Source: a virus. Taken from it: DNA of 64,000 bases. The translations under genes and the position numbers were made by a program. Numbering within the stretch: position 1 is the stretch's first letter; each line of letters begins with the position of its first letter. Location of the stretch: the IMG/VR virus record IMGVR_UViG_3300021976_000001, one strand, 5' to 3'. The notes beneath the pieces are model-generated. The model was not told where the DNA came from. It saw only the letters and a program-made list of their open reading frames with translations, and made no database searches. This document shows, one piece after another, positions 25,430-35,100 of the stretch.

Positions 25430-26534
25430 GAGCCGCTCCTGGATCCATTCTCCACTCGTTGTCTTGAATGCCCTCAAGCAATGTCTCGTCGCCCCGCTCA
25501 CCTTCGTCCTGCGTCATCACAGGCACCCAGGCGGGCACACTCCAGTGATCGCTGGAGAGGCCGTGCTTGTGGAACTTCTCCACCCTGTCCCTGATAGTGC
25601 AGGCCCGGTCAAAGCTGGCCTGGAAGGGGCAATGCCCTAGCTGGTAACAGATGGGCCGGAACAGCGCACTGTCAGCGATGGCCTCCTGTTGCCAGTTGCC
25701 ATCAGTCCAGCCACCAGACTCGTGATCGTAGATCTCATAGTTTCGGATGGCCCTGATGATCTGTGCGAACACCAATCGCCAGTGGAACTGAGCCTGCGTA
25801 CACAACCGGTTGCCTGCGTGCTCTGAGAGATTGCGCAGGTCGGTCACGTATTGGATGCGGGTGGCCGTGCAATGCGGCAGCAACCCACGGGCTTCTTCAG
25901 CCGGCATCCCATCGTCCACCAGATAGCGGTACGTGTCGTCCAACACCTTCAGGGCGTCATCCCAGCGATCACGCCACTGCTGCGGCTTGTCGGCTCGGTA
26001 GTCGTACCCCACCACGATGCCCTCAGCACGTGGATCAATGGTGCCCTGGAGGCTAGGCGGCAAAGTGCTGCCATATCGCAGGTCATCCACCACCGCAAAG
26101 CGCAATGATTCCTGAGCGTAGACGGCCGTACGCTGACGCACCAGCTGATGCGTGAAGGCCCGGTCTACACCCTCAATCAAGAAGTGCAACTTCACAGCCT
26201 CCAACGGAGCACGCAGGTGAGTTGCCTGGGTGTTTTCCCAAGCCCGTCGTCGGTCTTCATCAGTGAGGTCTGACATATCACGGATCACTCTGCCCTCGTA
26301 CATGCTGGCCAACGCAGCAACCGCTCCTAGTGGGTCCGGTGTCATCCAGAGAAGCTTGACCGTGGGCACCGTGCCACCGTTCTCAGCCATCTGGAAGCGC
26401 TGGTCCTGAGGGAATTGCTGCGAATCACCAGTGGGAATGCCTGTGGTACCCGCCGGTCGTAACGTATCGCTGGCTTCACGCTCCAGCTTCTCTTCATACG
26501 CACGAAGGCGCTCGCTTGGGGTCTTATCTGTCAT
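25422..26534 (-). CDS. thyX: ThyX-like flavin-dependent thymidylate synthase (divergent signature)
   Basis: LVRQRTAVYAQESLRF aligns with the ThyX motif RHRxxSxxxxSxRY. A downstream ARGLLP...T...N.R......R....AQ block is also present. Confidence 0.7.
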   Translation of the reverse strand: MTDKTPSERLRAYEEKLEREASDTLRPAGTTGIPTGDSQQFPQDQRFQMAENGGTVPTVKLLWMTPDPLGAVAALASMYEGRVIRDMSDLTDEDRRRAWENTQATHLRAPLEAVKLHFLIEGVDRAFTHQLVRQRTAVYAQESLRFAVVDDLRYGSTLPPSLQGTIDPRAEGIVVGYDYRADKPQQWRDRWDDALKVLDDTYRYLVDDGMPAEEARGLLPHCTATRIQYVTDLRNLSEHAGNRLCTQAQFHWRLVFAQIIRAIRNYEIYDHESGGWTDGNWQQEAIADSALFRPICYQLGHCPFQASFDRACTIRDRVEKFHKHGLSSDHWSVPAWVPVMTQDEGERGDETLLEGIQDNEWRMDPGAARA

Positions 26535-26537
26535 GTT

Positions 26538-27056
26538 TTAATTCCAATCCGAATGGAAGGTCATATGCCTGGTCTCACAGACCGCAGGTGCATGATAAAC
26601 TCTGTTTCTCTGTATTCCTTTGCCCGCAGGACGCTTTCCTTTCTGACCAACTCCACTACCCAATATGGCTGTCGGGGGTGGCGGATTAAGAACTATGATT
26701 TTTCCAGTCAAGATCTGAGGATTTCTTCTCATCTCCTCCGGAGCGGCATCAAAGTACCTTGTAATGCCAAGACTGTCATAGGCAGTGTAATATCTCACTG
26801 CAACTGTCGGATCTGTCTTGAACACGATGTAAGAGACTCTACCCCCGATGCGAGCCCAGAGGATGCGCCCTTCGGACTTGGCTGCTAGGGCAATGATGCA
26901 GTTGTCTGGATCCCCAGGGATAGCTTCCAGTACATTACGTCTGCGAATTCTGAGCCTCAAAGGCTCCTCAGAATCAACCCTTTGCATACCGTGGAAACGA
27001 GGAGAGCTACGGCCATCTCCAGGCTTGAGATTGCTTATTCCAGTTCCCTTACTCAT
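26538..27056 (-). CDS. hypothetical protein (172 aa)
   Basis: ORF track. Confidence 0.5.
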   Translation of the reverse strand: MSKGTGISNLKPGDGRSSPRFHGMQRVDSEEPLRLRIRRRNVLEAIPGDPDNCIIALAAKSEGRILWARIGGRVSYIVFKTDPTVAVRYYTAYDSLGITRYFDAAPEEMRRNPQILTGKIIVLNPPPPTAILGSGVGQKGKRPAGKGIQRNRVYHAPAVCETRHMTFHSDWN

Positions 27057-27259
27057 TCTGGCTCCTCCACTATGCGGAAACGCTGACGAAGAATTCGGTT
27101 GGTCTCAGCCTGCTCGTAGGCCAGCAGCAGCGTCGCATACACCTGCGCACGAGAGACGAAGAATTGAGCATCCTCGCCGGGCATGCTCCTGGCTGCTGCA
27201 GACAGAGCCTCGTCCACGTAGAAGGCAGCCGGCTCATTCGCTAGCTTCGGTAGGGGCAT
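27053..27259 (-). CDS. hypothetical protein (68 aa)
   Basis: ORF track. Confidence 0.45.
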   Translation of the reverse strand: MPLPKLANEPAAFYVDEALSAAARSMPGEDAQFFVSRAQVYATLLLAYEQAETNRILRQRFRIVEEPE

Positions 27260-27488
27260 CAGACTTCTCCTTGGTGAGGCTAGAGAACAAATCTCCGAAA
27301 GGCGCTAATGCTTCTTTAGCAATGTTCCAGATAGTTTGAAGGGCTGGCGTGATGACAGCTTCCTGAGCCTCCTTGGCTTCCATATCCAAGTAGGCAAACT
27401 TCTGGCCCTCCTCAAGGATCATCTTGAATCGCACCTTGTTACCGAAGCGTTCCACTTCCATTCGTTGTGCTTGACCCCAGATAGCCAT
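27234..27488 (-). CDS. hypothetical protein (~84 aa)
   Basis: Start at MAIWGQAQ in a TGATG overlap. Confidence 0.45.
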   Translation of the reverse strand: MAIWGQAQRMEVERFGNKVRFKMILEEGQKFAYLDMEAKEAQEAVITPALQTIWNIAKEALAPFGDLFSSLTKEKSDAPTEASE

Positions 27489-27658
27489 CAGTCCACCAGT
27501 CCTTCTTCTCCGCAGTTGTGACAACGATGTGCATGCGGTGCCGTGGTACATTCCACTGCGGTGGCATCACACCTAGGGCAGGCCAAGTAGGTAACGGTGC
27601 TGTTTCTCAGATCAACCAAGCACACACCTAACCCGGCAGTATCTGACATCTCGCCCAT
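27488..27658 (-). CDS. small zinc-ribbon protein (56 aa)
   Basis: Hand-translated, with CPRC...CHNC. TAATG overlap upstream and TGATG overlap downstream. Confidence 0.5.
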   Translation of the reverse strand: MGEMSDTAGLGVCLVDLRNSTVTYLACPRCDATAVECTTAPHAHRCHNCGEEGLVD

Positions 27659-28080
27659 TACACCATCCCCTTCAGTTCCCGAATGAACGTAGCCAGCTCG
27701 GCCACATCCAGCAGGCAGTAGTCGTTGATTGTGGACACCCGGCCGTACTTCAGGTCACTGGCGAAGGCGTGGTCGGGGTTGGCTTCGTACAGGCGCTGCG
27801 CCAGCTCTGCCAGCATGCCGTGGGCTATGCCGATCTCTCGCCGCCACACCTCGGTCTTGGCCTTGCGGTCAGCAGCCGTGGGCTTGTGCAACTCCGTGTT
27901 GAAACGGTCCACCAGGCAGCAGCACTTACCCGTGCGGTAAGCACCGTCCCTGTTCCAGAGACCCAGGTTGTTCTCAAACCACTTTGCCGCCCGCTCCAAC
28001 GACTGAGCGACGTGCCGCTTGCTGTAGCCGCACACGTCTATCAGTAGAACAGTGGTGAATTCATCGTCCGTGATGGTCAT
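27658..28080 (-). CDS. hypothetical protein (140 aa)
   Basis: ORF track. Confidence 0.5.
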   Translation of the reverse strand: MTITDDEFTTVLLIDVCGYSKRHVAQSLERAAKWFENNLGLWNRDGAYRTGKCCCLVDRFNTELHKPTAADRKAKTEVWRREIGIAHGMLAELAQRLYEANPDHAFASDLKYGRVSTINDYCLLDVAELATFIRELKGMV

Positions 28081-28081
28081 G

Positions 28082-28489
28082 TCATCCTCCGAAGACGTCG
28101 GCGTACGTGGCGCCGGAAGCGTGGTTGAACTTATGCACGAAGCGCCTGCGCTGCTTCGGGGTCAAATCATCCAGAGTGCCGTAGTAGGGCACCAGCGCAC
28201 CCACGAAGTAGACACCCGTCTCAACAGCCTCGTCCTCGGGTACGGCCGTGTGCACAACACGTGAAATGGGCTTGTTGCACTGCCGCCGGTAGGCGTTCAC
28301 CCGGCTCTGCTGCTTGGTGATCTCAGCCTGACGAGCTTCCTTGGCCCGTTGGCGGAACAGCAGGTGTCGGCGAACTTCCTCACCCCTGCGTGCGGCTTGT
28401 GCGACGTGCTCCTGGTGCAGGGCTCGGCCCTTGCGAATGGCCACGAAAACCGCCACCGCAATCAGCAGAACTACCAAACCAACGATCAT
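28082..28489 (-). CDS. N-terminally membrane-anchored basic protein (135 aa)
   Basis: N-terminus MIVGLVVLLIAVAVFVAI. CAGGAG precedes the ATG. Confidence 0.5.
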   Translation of the reverse strand: MIVGLVVLLIAVAVFVAIRKGRALHQEHVAQAARRGEEVRRHLLFRQRAKEARQAEITKQQSRVNAYRRQCNKPISRVVHTAVPEDEAVETGVYFVGALVPYYGTLDDLTPKQRRRFVHKFNHASGATYADVFGG

Positions 28490-28566
28490 GATGTGCTCCT
28501 GTTCTGATGTAGGTAAGTCACCTTACACCAAATGCGAGACATGGCAAATAGATGAATTTCTCTTAA

Positions 28567-29064
28567 TCAATCTTCAACACCTAACCAACCGAGAAGATCA
28601 AGTAACGAGGGTGCGACGTAATCCACCATCTTGTACATCAATTCAGGTGTAACTTTGGGACCGTCAAGAAGAATAGCAGTGCGTTTGCCAACACCAACGA
28701 ACCATCCAAGTTCCAAGTGGGCAGAACGACCACATGGGAGAACAAGAACACAAACATCAGAGCGCTTCATGGCGTCCCAGTCTCTTTGAAAGCCATGCTC
28801 AGATATTGGGTGGTCAAGAGCTGCCACATACTCGTCAATGTCTGCTAACTGTTCGTTTCCTCTGGGATCCAAACCACCACGCCTGTACGACGGCATAACT
28901 TCTGACCAGTGAAACCCATGCTCTCCAGGAACTGGATTCTTGAAGTCGTAATGCTCAATGTGAGATGAGCGTAGAGCTGCACAAACGGCAACCTGTATTG
29001 GATTACGCCAAGACGAGGCAACGTAGACGTATTCTGGCTTGTCTGTCACTTCTTCTCCTCCCAT
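28567..29064 (-). CDS. nucleoside 2-deoxyribosyltransferase-like protein
   Basis: YVASSWRN... and LPCGRSAHLELGWFVGVGKRTAILL resemble the deoxyribosyltransferase/DNPH1-like fold motifs. Start is uncertain (ATG at 29064 or GTG at 29049). Confidence 0.5.
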   Translation of the reverse strand: MGGEEVTDKPEYVYVASSWRNPIQVAVCAALRSSHIEHYDFKNPVPGEHGFHWSEVMPSYRRGGLDPRGNEQLADIDEYVAALDHPISEHGFQRDWDAMKRSDVCVLVLPCGRSAHLELGWFVGVGKRTAILLDGPKVTPELMYKMVDYVAPSLLDLLGWLGVED

Positions 29065-29211
29065 AGAGTGACACTGACACGCATCAGCGCCTTGACTTCT
29101 TGTTCCACATAGGCGGCTAGACAGCGCCTGCACGTGAGAGAAATCACACGCACATGGTTGCTAAGTCCAGCAGACGTGACTATGAACACTGCCGAGCGCT
29201 GTACGCAGGTC

Positions 29212-29526
29212 TCACACCGTGCCGACACGAGGTCCCTTGCTTTTGCCGCCAAAGCAGTTGGGGCAACAGTACGAACACAACTTGATGCCGTTGCCTTCTG
29301 CATCCTCCAAGCGGTGCATGTCCATTATTGATAACAGTGAACCACATTCTTGACATGGCGCTTTTGACACGGAGCCAGGCGGACGAGAAACCGGTCCAAT
29401 TGGATGATGCGCCTTGAATTCATCCATCATAGCGGTGAGCCCCACCATGCCAGCGGTACCTTTGGCAGATCCTGCCTCTCTCGGAATCCAGCCGAAGGCA
29501 CCGAAACCAGTCCAGGAACCGTTCAA
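29212..29526 (-). CDS. zinc-finger protein (~80-104 aa)
   Basis: CQECG...CSYCCPNC. Start uncertain. Confidence 0.4.
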   Translation of the reverse strand: MNGSWTGFGAFGWIPREAGSAKGTAGMVGLTAMMDEFKAHHPIGPVSRPPGSVSKAPCQECGSLLSIMDMHRLEDAEGNGIKLCSYCCPNCFGGKSKGPRVGTV

Positions 29527-29547
29527 GCACTAGGAGTAGACGTCGTC

Positions 29548-29907
29548 TCATTTCTCCCACTCCACCAGTTTCTGGCGCCCATCATGATCCTCTATGAACA
29601 GCTTCAAGGTGCCGTCCATACCAATGCGCAAGAACACCTTGACTCCGAAGGTCCAAGCGTCCAGCTGTACGGTCCAGCCCTCAAGAGAGCCCACCACATG
29701 TCCATCGGTGGCGTCATTGAACTCTCCCAGCAACCGGAAGGCACGCACGTACAGCGGCACATCGTTGGGTAGGTGCATGCCGGTAGACCCGTCGTTGTAC
29801 TGTTCGGGCACACCTGGTCCCCGGTTGTACTTAGGAAGGTCCAATTCCTGAGGCGGAACCTTGCGTCTGTTGCGATTGCTGGGGCGCTTGCGTGGTGCGG
29901 CTGCCAT
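29548..29907 (-). CDS. hypothetical protein (119 aa), basic N-terminus
   Basis: ORF track. Confidence 0.5.
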   Translation of the reverse strand: MAAAPRKRPSNRNRRKVPPQELDLPKYNRGPGVPEQYNDGSTGMHLPNDVPLYVRAFRLLGEFNDATDGHVVGSLEGWTVQLDAWTFGVKVFLRIGMDGTLKLFIEDHDGRQKLVEWEK

Positions 29908-30656
29908 CAGCTCTCTCCTCCGTCTATGCGCAACGTCGTACCGTTCAACATGCCGGTATTCAGACGCAGGTTATGAACGATGATGCTGGCCAGATCCTCT
30001 GGAGTGATGGTGCGCCCGCCCGGCGTCCGGGTGAAGGGCACGCCCTTGGGAATGCGATGGGCAACATCATTAGACATGGGGGTATTGTCCACCCATCCCG
30101 GCTCATAGGCGTAGATGCTGAGGAGATCAAAGTTGGCTGCCGTGTGCCGGGCAGCACACTTGACGGCCATGCTCAAAGCTGCCTTGCTGGCGTTGTAGGG
30201 CAGGCCCGTGGATCGCACCACACCAGCACTGTTGCTGCTGATTACCACGAAGTTGAGTTGACCAACGTTGGCGTGCTCATGGCTGCGCCAGTAGTTCAAC
30301 CACGCTTGCAACACAGCCATAGGCCCCAGCACGTTGATACAGAAATCCTCCTCCATCAAACCCAAGGTGTACGGGTCGCTCAAGGTGCCTTCGTGGTTTA
30401 CACCCACGGTGCACACCACGTCGTGCATGGGCTCGTAATCGTGGAACAATTCGTCAGCCCAGGCAATGCTCTGCTCCAATGAGTCCGCCGTGAACTCAAC
30501 GTCCTCATGGGCGGTTTCACCAGCTGTCATGATCTTATTGTGACTGCCCAGCATCTGCGCCCAGGCTGCCACATGCGCTCCGATGCTGTCCGGGCGAGCG
30601 CCCACCACCAGTAGATTCTTCAACTTGACGACCTCCTGTAGTTGGTACCCACACAT
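29907..30656 (-). CDS. short-chain dehydrogenase/reductase (SDR)
   Basis: LLVVGARPDSIGAHV is a Rossmann-type motif. SSNS...YNASKAAL gives the Ser-Tyr-x3-Lys catalytic motif. The likely start is TTG at 30623 after GGAGG. Confidence 0.7.
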   Translation of the reverse strand: MCGYQLQEVVKLKNLLVVGARPDSIGAHVAAWAQMLGSHNKIMTAGETAHEDVEFTADSLEQSIAWADELFHDYEPMHDVVCTVGVNHEGTLSDPYTLGLMEEDFCINVLGPMAVLQAWLNYWRSHEHANVGQLNFVVISSNSAGVVRSTGLPYNASKAALSMAVKCAARHTAANFDLLSIYAYEPGWVDNTPMSNDVAHRIPKGVPFTRTPGGRTITPEDLASIIVHNLRLNTGMLNGTTLRIDGGES

Positions 30657-30695
30657 GGTACCGCTGTTGAATTTGCGTTGGCTAACGAAGACGTG

Positions 30696-31256
30696 CTAAG
30701 TGACTTTCGGAGCCCTGGGATGGAACAACGGCTGTCCAGTTCCTTTGTTTCCTATGTACAAACTCGCACCGTGCTGCGTCTGGTAGCGACCCAATACATC
30801 CAATCCAGCAGGTGATGTCTGCAAAAAGCCGTCCAAATCCTGGACCTTCCAAGAGACATGTGCCACTCCGCCAGTTGGTATGAAACTGAACATTGGCTCC
30901 TCGTGATGCATCACTGGATTGACGGTGTACAGCGTCTGTGTCTGAATGCGCCATGCACCACTATCCATGCGATAGAACTGGAATCTAGCGTGATAGGCGT
31001 ACTCCAAACGCTGCCTGTCGGTACCGTAATCCAGCACCCTCATGAACACCTGAGCGTCGTCCTGATACCACTCAGGCGTACCTGCCGCAAGAGCAAGTTC
31101 GCAGAACAATGCCTGGTCCTCACGAGACATTAGCAGGATGCTGACTTCGTCAACCGTGCCGGACATTTGCAGCTGCGAGTTGATCTCGTAGCCGCCCCTG
31201 CTGCGTGCATGCTTGGCGTTGCGCACCAGCTGTTCAAAGCGGTCTTTGTACATCAT
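30696..31256 (-). CDS. hypothetical protein (186 aa)
   Basis: ORF track. Confidence 0.5.
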   Translation of the reverse strand: MMYKDRFEQLVRNAKHARSRGGYEINSQLQMSGTVDEVSILLMSREDQALFCELALAAGTPEWYQDDAQVFMRVLDYGTDRQRLEYAYHARFQFYRMDSGAWRIQTQTLYTVNPVMHHEEPMFSFIPTGGVAHVSWKVQDLDGFLQTSPAGLDVLGRYQTQHGASLYIGNKGTGQPLFHPRAPKVT

Positions 31257-31811
31257 CTAATCCGGCATCTTTCTGTCAGTGTCCCATGCTGCCACTGCCT
31301 GCGCATGGAAGTAACGAGCCAGCGCCTGCAACCGCAACACCAGGTTGCTGCTGTAGCCGGCTGAGTCGGCCTTCAGAGCCTCCACAGCAATGAGAATGCT
31401 GTTGGCGTACGCATCCAACGCAGGCGGCGAGAACAGATCCTGGCGTCTGATGACGACAGCGTCCGGCAGCCCCAGGTCCGTGACGGGTGGCAAAGAGCTT
31501 GTGTCTACGAAGCGACCCTGCAGAACCTGTCGTGCCATATCCCTGAATTGTCCCATCCACACATCCAAGGCATCCCGCTTCATCACGATGTACTTGTTAT
31601 CAATGGGCGGCTCGATCACTTCGTTGTCGGCCCACTGGGTAGCACCCTGGAAGACGATAACATCGTCTACAAAGGCCGCTCCGATATCACGTAGGATGGC
31701 GTGATGCTGTTCGGTCACTGGGGGACCGTCAGCCGGCAACACACCGTTTCGGATCAGTGCCCCGATAATGGCACCGCTCTCTGCGACGTCGTACTCGTTG
31801 CTACTCATCAC
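31257..31811 (-). CDS. hypothetical protein (184 aa)
   Basis: ORF track. Confidence 0.5.
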   Translation of the reverse strand: MMSSNEYDVAESGAIIGALIRNGVLPADGPPVTEQHHAILRDIGAAFVDDVIVFQGATQWADNEVIEPPIDNKYIVMKRDALDVWMGQFRDMARQVLQGRFVDTSSLPPVTDLGLPDAVVIRRQDLFSPPALDAYANSILIAVEALKADSAGYSSNLVLRLQALARYFHAQAVAAWDTDRKMPD

Positions 31812-32134
31812 ACCTCCAAGTCTTCAATCATCATGGCCATGCGCTGTTCCATCTGAAGCACATGCACAGTGGCACCCGCCAACGTACTGACCACAGGACT
31901 ACTTCCGCCACTGTTGATCTCTGGAATGCCACCTGCACGAGGCTCGTGGTCTTCCCGGCTACTCACATGAATCAAGTGCCCAGCCAAGACGTGCATGCTC
32001 TTGTCCAGACTTTCCAGTGCCTCAATCAGTTGCGAAATAACAATGAACAAGGGCTTGTTGTCCTCTTCGCTTTCAGGAAATTCCTCCTGAGACTCTTTCA
32101 TCATCAAAGCCTCTCTAACGTCTAACTTTGCCAT
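31808..32134 (-). CDS. hypothetical protein (~108 aa)
   Basis: Start at MAKLDV after GGAGGAACA. Confidence 0.5.
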   Translation of the reverse strand: MAKLDVREALMMKESQEEFPESEEDNKPLFIVISQLIEALESLDKSMHVLAGHLIHVSSREDHEPRAGGIPEINSGGSSPVVSTLAGATVHVLQMEQRMAMMIEDLEV

Positions 32135-32147
32135 TGTTCCTCCACGT

Positions 32148-35100
32148 TTAGTCTTCAAGCACCCAGAGATAGTTAACGGACAGCATACGTCTTGATATGC
32201 CGTGCCACTTCTTGCCTTTGATCAACACAGCATCGTTCTCTATATCAATGCTCCATACGTCATCCCTCCAGGTGTTGTAAACAAAGCGATTAACTGAGAT
32301 GTGGACCGTACCGGTTTCGTCCTCGCCTTCCATGGTGACCCACTCATTAAGGTCTGGACGCTTGACGTCGTTAGGGTCAAGGACTTCACCGGTCTTGGAG
32401 TGGTGTACCTCAAACAGATCTTTGAGGTTGCGGTACTTGATCACACCCAGCCACACACACTCAAAGTCTGTCTCGGTCTTATCGTAAGGGATATCTTCCG
32501 AAGTGGCCGTGGGTGCCGGCAGTCGGTACGTCTGCCCCGGTGACCGGAAACGCCCGTCCTCGTCAATCATGTCAACACCACTGTTGAGAACTGTACGGAT
32601 GACGTGCAACTTCTTCTTGAGACGATGCACCCCAAACGGATCCTCTTCCTCTGCGAAGTCTGTGATGGTGGTCACGGTTTTAGGACCTATGCCACTAATG
32701 CGAGACAAGTGCTTCCAAGTGGTGCCGTTGTCTGCATCACGCAGGAAGTCGGTAATGGCACGGGCCTTCACCTCGCCTATGCCGGGCACCTGCAACCAGC
32801 CAGCCTGAATGCCCCTGCCACCCACCGACCACGTGATCTCACTGTCCAGCCCTATGGAGCTATGCGGTATGTCGTGTGACAGCGCATCACGCAGTAGCGA
32901 CAGCTGCTTATCGTCAAACTTGCGTAAGCAAGCTATGAAAAACTCACGAGGGTAGTGCCGCTTCAACCACATGGTCCAGTAGGCGAGTAATCCATAACTG
33001 ACGCAGTGCGCAGCGTTATTTTTCATCACAACTCCATTGGCTATGTAGTTGTGGTTGTTGTCATTCATCTCTATCATGTAGACATATTCCATTTCATCCA
33101 TAGAAACTATGGAAACAACCCCGGAGGAAACAGTTGGTTTGCCCACCGAGTCACGACCAAGTCTTTCACCCTTGGAATAGTCAAACTTCTTATGACAGGA
33201 GTTACACAGCCTTAGGATATTGTCAGGAGTGTGATACTTGAGATAGTCTCCGCCAAGATCCGTCAAGCCAACTACGTGAGCGAATTCTAGGTCGTGCTTG
33301 CCACCACTACCGACGGCACCGCAACTCTCACATTTGTTACCTGAACGATCAAGAACTATTTGCTCTGCTTCTCTAATTGCCCCGGTGCGACCGTCTATCC
33401 ATGAAGGATTCCCAGAGCCTTTTTCAAAACCTTTTTTAGAGTTATCATAGGTTGATTTTCGGGGCTCGGTACGAACCTTGCTGGGTTGCTTGTATTGGTA
33501 TTCGGTGTCTTCACATATGATATCGTCTCCAACCCCCAGTTCAAAGATCTCGGTGTATCCGTGCGTCGTAAGAACACGATGAACTCCGGTACCCTTAAAG
33601 GACATACCATTTTCAAGAGTCACCATATAAATCGGCTGGGTAATTGGTGACCTGTCTATAGATAGGAACTGGCGAGGTCTAACACGGCCGTCCCCATCCA
33701 TTTGTTGCAGAGTGATTCGTTTGCCACGTTGTCCATAACGAAGCTTCTGTCTAAGTGAATTGCGCTTGTCCGGATGGTTGTATGCCTCCCATAGCTGTTT
33801 CATGGTGTATGTAGCTCCACCACTGGAGCCTCTGCCGCCTGTCTGAACCACTGCGTCTCCGGTCAAGCAGAATGCATAGGCGCCCGCCGTTGCCATCAAA
33901 GACCACACCTTGATGGCGTCAGCTTCTTCCATTCCATGAGTAGCAGCACCCTCCACAAACTTGTGCTGAAGCTTGTTGAACTCCTGCTCGCCACGCTTCT
34001 TTGAGATGATGCGTCGTACACGACCGGCTTCTAGGTACGAGAACTCACCCAGCTCCCGGCATATCTGGAGTATCTGCTCCTGGTAAACGATCTGGTACTG
34101 GGTGTGCTTGGTGATGCCGTCCACAATATCGTTGAAGCGCACCGCTGGTTTGCGGTCAAACTTCACGTCAATGTAGTCACCAGTTGCACCAGAGTGTAGT
34201 GGACCAGGGCGGCTAAGCGCATTAATGTCTGCCACTTCCATGAAGTTGTCAGGCTTCACACCGCTGTTGACCTGTCGTGTGGCACGACCGTCAAACTGGA
34301 ATATGCCTGTCACATCCTGCTCCCGGAAACCCAGTAGTGTCTCCTTGTCGTCAAGAGGCAGATTGTATAGCTCCTCCAGTGTCATGCCGATTTGCTCAAG
34401 ACATATACGAATCATGGCCATGGTCTTCAGCCCCAGTAGATCCAGCTTCAAGGCGCCCAGGTATTCCACGTCGTACTTGTCTAGCGAGATCACTTGCAAC
34501 GGCTCGCCCGTTTCCGGGTCCAACTTGATGCCGCCCTTGCTATCTGTCTTAGAGTAGATAGCACAGAAGTCGGTCAGGGGTGCGTTGGCCACCACCAAGC
34601 CGGCCGCATGCACCGACATACCACGGACGTTACCCTCAAGACGTTGCGCCTTAAGCAGGTTTGGCCAACGCTTGAATATGTCAGCCACCTGCGGAAACAT
34701 CTCAATGGTGTCTTCCACGGTGGCATCCGGCCGCAGGTCGCCGGACTTGCGCTCAATCAACAGGTCTTTGACAGTATCCAGGTCACTACGGCACGCCCAG
34801 TTGTCACGATAGAGGGCCATCTGCACGTCGTTGAGACTGTTCTTGCCCTTGTATTTGATAAACGTACCGATGCTGCCAACTCTATCGCCGCCGTACTTGT
34901 CGGCCAGGTACTCACGGATCAGATAGCGCTTCTCATCATCAAAGTCCAAATCAATATCAGGAGGATCGTGCCTGTTCTTATCCATGAAGCGTTCAAACAC
35001 CAGCACCGGAAAGTGCATTGGGTTCACTTCAGTAATACGCAGGATGTAGCAAACCAGCGAGGCTGCTGCCGAGCCTCGTGCTGGGCCGACTGGGATGCCA

